DNA of 57,681 nucleotides from a virus (Duplodnaviria; Caudoviricetes): IMG/VR virus record IMGVR_UViG_3300010403_000007, positions 1 to 57,681 of that record; one strand, 5' to 3'. Shown piece by piece: positions 55,040 to 57,681 of this stretch (position 1 is its first letter; each line of letters starts with the position of its first letter). The notes under the pieces were generated by a model. It saw only the letters and a program-made list of their open reading frames with translations, ran no database searches and was not told where the DNA came from. The position numbers and the translations under genes were made by a program.

Positions 55040-55069
55040 GGCTCTCTCCTCCTGGTTTTTGATCATGTT

Positions 55070-55180
55070 CTACATCCAGGCGATGCCGGTCCCGATCAGA
55101 GCAGCACCTGCGATGGCCAGAACGGCGCCGGGCGCAAGGTCAGCGATCAACACGATGACGTGCACGATCTTGGCAAGCAT
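55070..55180 (-). CDS. small membrane peptide
   Basis: GGAGGAG RBS; hydrophobic. Confidence 0.45.
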   Translation of the reverse strand: MLAKIVHVIVLIADLAPGAVLAIAGAALIGTGIAWM

Positions 55181-55254
55181 GTCTTCTCCTCCTGGTGCTG
55201 GATATGGTACGGCCCCCCACCCCGTAGGAGTGGAGGGCCGGTTTCGGCGGTCGG

Positions 55255-56409
55255 TCAGCGCGACGCGAAGGTAAGCCGGTCCGTGAGGTCCAGCAGCTCG
55301 CCCCGGTATTCGACGTTGTCGATCCAGTGCGACGGGAACGCGCCCCGCCCGTATGCGGCCCCGGCGAGCGCGCCGGTGATGCTGGCGATGCTGTCCGAGT
55401 CCCCGTCGGTGAACGCGGCCCGACGCAGAGCGTCGGTCGGCTCGTCCGGGAACGTGATGAGCGTGTGCACGGCCAAGGACAGGGCCTCTTCGGCAACCCA
55501 TCCGCCCTGCCGCAGGGCGATGCACGGGTCCTGCTTCGGCAGGCGCGGCTTCGCGTAGACGTCCAGCAGGGCGCTGATGACCTCGTCCCAGCCTCTCGCG
55601 ATCCACTCCCGGGGCGACTTGGCCGTCTTGCGCGGGCGGTACATCGGCAGCGGTTCGGAGAACCGGCTCCAGACTCCCGCATTGCCGACGTTCATCACCT
55701 GCTGGCCAATGACCGGGCTGATCATGTCGCCCTCCCACAGGGTTCCCAGGAGGTCGCCGTGGTAGGTGTGGAGCTGGTCGTGGGCGTAGGCCAGCAGGTG
55801 ATCCAGAAGCGTCTCGCCGGGCTGCGCGATGCCTTCCAGCAGCATCCGGACCGCCACGGCGGTCAGGTCGGCGGCGGCCAGGGCGGTCGGGTGCCCGTGG
55901 GTGATGGCGGCCTGCAACTGGGCGGCGCCCGCCAGCTGCTCCCACGTCCAGTCGGTTCGCAGGGCGAGAGGGGCCACGCGCATGTTCGCGCCGTTGCCCT
56001 TGCTGTTCGGGCGGGTCGCCATCAGCCACTGGCGGTTGCCTTTGGCCAGGACACCGGCCGCGCCGGTGCAGGTGGCGCCGGGGGCCCGCTTCCCATCGAA
56101 ACTCTTCGGGTCGTCGTGCCATCCGACGATGCCGTCGATGAACGCGTCGGTCATCCGGGCGGGGCTGTAGGCGCGGTTCAGGGTGAGGGCGGCGCGGGCG
56201 ATCCAGATGGACATCTGCGTGTCGTCAGTGACGGTGCCCTGCTTCCGGGTGTTCAGGCCGACGCGCTTCTGGAAGGGGGTTCCGAGTTGGGTGATGGCGG
56301 CGGTCTTCATGAATTCGGTGGGGCGGCCGAGGGCGTCGCCGTAGGCGAGGCCGAACATGACGCCGAGGCGGCGGTCGCGGCTGGCCCGGTTCAGGTCTTT
56401 GAGCTTCAT
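55255..56409 (-). CDS. ADP-ribosylglycohydrolase (DraG/ARH family)
   Basis: YGDALG, VTDDTQM, GNGANMRVAP, THGHP, GDSDSIASITGALAGA. Confidence 0.92.
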   Translation of the reverse strand: MKLKDLNRASRDRRLGVMFGLAYGDALGRPTEFMKTAAITQLGTPFQKRVGLNTRKQGTVTDDTQMSIWIARAALTLNRAYSPARMTDAFIDGIVGWHDDPKSFDGKRAPGATCTGAAGVLAKGNRQWLMATRPNSKGNGANMRVAPLALRTDWTWEQLAGAAQLQAAITHGHPTALAAADLTAVAVRMLLEGIAQPGETLLDHLLAYAHDQLHTYHGDLLGTLWEGDMISPVIGQQVMNVGNAGVWSRFSEPLPMYRPRKTAKSPREWIARGWDEVISALLDVYAKPRLPKQDPCIALRQGGWVAEEALSLAVHTLITFPDEPTDALRRAAFTDGDSDSIASITGALAGAAYGRGAFPSHWIDNVEYRGELLDLTDRLTFASR

Positions 56410-56426
56410 TGTTCCTCCGTGGTCGA

Positions 56427-56618
56427 TCAGTGCTGGTTGAAGTGCCAGAGCGCGGCGGCGTACCAACGGCCGGTACCGGGACGCTGACCGTTGGAGCAGG
56501 CGAACCGGGTCGCGGCGGCCAGGCGGCCGTTTCGCTTGCCGTTGGCGGCGGCGACGAGGGCCCGCCACTGGATCTGGAGATTCGTGGTGGTGCGCGGTCC
56601 GTAGGCGGTGGTCTTCAT
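56427..56618 (-). CDS. small hypothetical protein
   Basis: GGAGG RBS downstream of a promoter. Confidence 0.55.
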   Translation of the reverse strand: MKTTAYGPRTTTNLQIQWRALVAAANGKRNGRLAAATRFACSNGQRPGTGRWYAAALWHFNQH

Positions 56619-56652
56619 CGCTGTCCTCCCCTGGCTCGATCTGTATGTCTAA

Positions 56653-56681
56653 AGACTACAGCTACTTGACATGCTTGTCAA
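56653..56681 (-). promoter_or_regulatory. promoter TTGACA-N17-TAGTCT with TTGAC-N6-GTCAA palindrome, driving the ARH operon
   Basis: CTTGACAAGCATGTCAAGTAGCTGTAGTCT. Confidence 0.7.
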
Positions 56682-57111
56682 GCTGACTGCGGAGCAGCAG
56701 CCGGACATCCTCAGAACGCACCATCATCCAGCGCCGATCATCGGCCGGGGCGGACCTCAACCGACCGGACTGAACCAGCTGGTGCACACGCTGACGAGAC
56801 AGGCGAAGCACACCCGCCGCATCCGATTGCGAGATCGTCTCGTGCAAGAACCCTCCGGCGGCGAACAGCAGGCGACCGAGCGGGGTCTTCCAGAACCGGG
56901 CGTCAGTGGCCAGGTCTTCCGGATTGATCAGGGCCCGCAGGATGATGACCGCCAGCTCGTCATCGTGCTCCAGCCTCTCGTCCAGCTCCTCGGCAAACCC
57001 TTCGATCAGGTCGCCCTTGGGCGGGGTGTGGTACTGAAAGGCGATGGCGTGCCGGAGGTGCAGGGCCTCCAGGCGGTTGCGGATGGCGTCGGCTGTGGTT
57101 TCGATCTTCAT
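56662..57111 (-). CDS. HTH DNA-binding protein
   Basis: ISQSDAAGVLRLSRQRVHQLVQSGRL. Confidence 0.75.
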   Translation of the reverse strand: MKIETTADAIRNRLEALHLRHAIAFQYHTPPKGDLIEGFAEELDERLEHDDELAVIILRALINPEDLATDARFWKTPLGRLLFAAGGFLHETISQSDAAGVLRLSRQRVHQLVQSGRLRSAPADDRRWMMVRSEDVRLLLRSQLDKHVK

Positions 57112-57167
57112 CTGGTTCCTCCACGAAGGGCGAGGGCCCCGGCGGGATGCCGGGGCCCTGGTCGGGT

Positions 57168-57290
57168 TCAGCGGATAGGGGTGGCGCGGTAGATCCACGC
57201 GCCATTCATGTTCCTGTGGCCGGTGACTCGGGCCCTCAGCCCGCGACGATTGATGCGCGCGGCCATGCCCATCGCCATTGCCCAGGTCAT
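57168..57290 (-). CDS. small basic hypothetical protein
   Basis: 40-aa ORF coupled by TGATG. Confidence 0.4.
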   Translation of the reverse strand: MTWAMAMGMAARINRRGLRARVTGHRNMNGAWIYRATPIR

Positions 57291-57616
57291 CAGGAGGCCC
57301 GGAGCAGGCGGCCCAGGAGAACGTGCAGGCGCGGGATCACGTAGGTGTAGACGCTTTTCTCGTCCACGCGGGTCTCGGCGCCGAGGGGGTTGCCGTCGAC
57401 GTCCTGGAGCAGGTGCGTCTTCGTGGTGAAGCGGCCCAGGGTGGCCAGGCTGTCAGCGGAGGTCTCGAACCGCTGGATTCGGATGACCTTCTCGCTGTCG
57501 GCGGTGTCGCACGTGATGTACATCGTGGGCTCGCCGTCGAGGATCAGGACGTACCAGGCGACGGTGCCGTCGGTCTCGTCGTACTTGATCTCGTCGTTGG
57601 TGTGTCCGAGCTTCAT
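57290..57616 (-). CDS. hypothetical protein
   Basis: AGGAGG RBS, downstream of the junction-spanning promoter. Confidence 0.6.
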   Translation of the reverse strand: MKLGHTNDEIKYDETDGTVAWYVLILDGEPTMYITCDTADSEKVIRIQRFETSADSLATLGRFTTKTHLLQDVDGNPLGAETRVDEKSVYTYVIPRLHVLLGRLLRAS

Positions 57617-57681
57617 GGGGTGCCTCCTGGTTTGGTCTGTCGTCGTGCTGTAGACCAATAGTAGACACCCCTTGACGCGTC

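Noticed and set aside
57559-57681. Terminal repeat as a biological DTR
   Set aside because: It starts mid-gene and has the size of an assembler overlap; it cannot be called a packaging end without reads.
1-57681. CRISPR array, integrase/attP, IS element, rRNA, genome-wide stop-codon recoding
   Set aside because: No regularly spaced repeats or recombinase/transposase motifs were seen, and TGA ends most genes with normal coupling.

Overview
The window is an apparently complete, circularly assembled genome (~57,558 bp; nt 1-123 are repeated at 57559-57681) of a high-GC tailed phage of a filamentous actinomycete (DUF397, I36-type secreted protein, GGAGGAG RBSs, actinophage-type head and tail genes). 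Read on the circle, the minus strand carries terS, terL, an accessory/ncRNA island, portal, MuF, a glycosylation cassette, a giant ADP-ribosyltransferase, an ADP-ribosylglycohydrolase, prohead protease, major capsid, head-tail, tail tube, tape measure, tail and lysis genes. The plus strand (24.4-31.4 kb) carries an iteron-containing replication initiator, a helicase-loader-like gene, an ERF recombinase, an Ltp lipoprotein and an HNH nuclease. I found no integrase or DNA polymerase. The most unusual features: (1) seven tRNA-shaped RNAs that keep acceptor and T arms but all lack a decoding anticodon loop, interleaved with closed-stem structured RNAs; (2) a 13-bp motif CAWGATCRAAAAC at about 17 sites, mostly in the direction of transcription; (3) a matched Arg-type ADP-ribose writer/eraser pair; (4) an in-frame TGA inside the terminase nuclease active-site motif. 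All calls are by eye from sequence motifs; no database searches were run.
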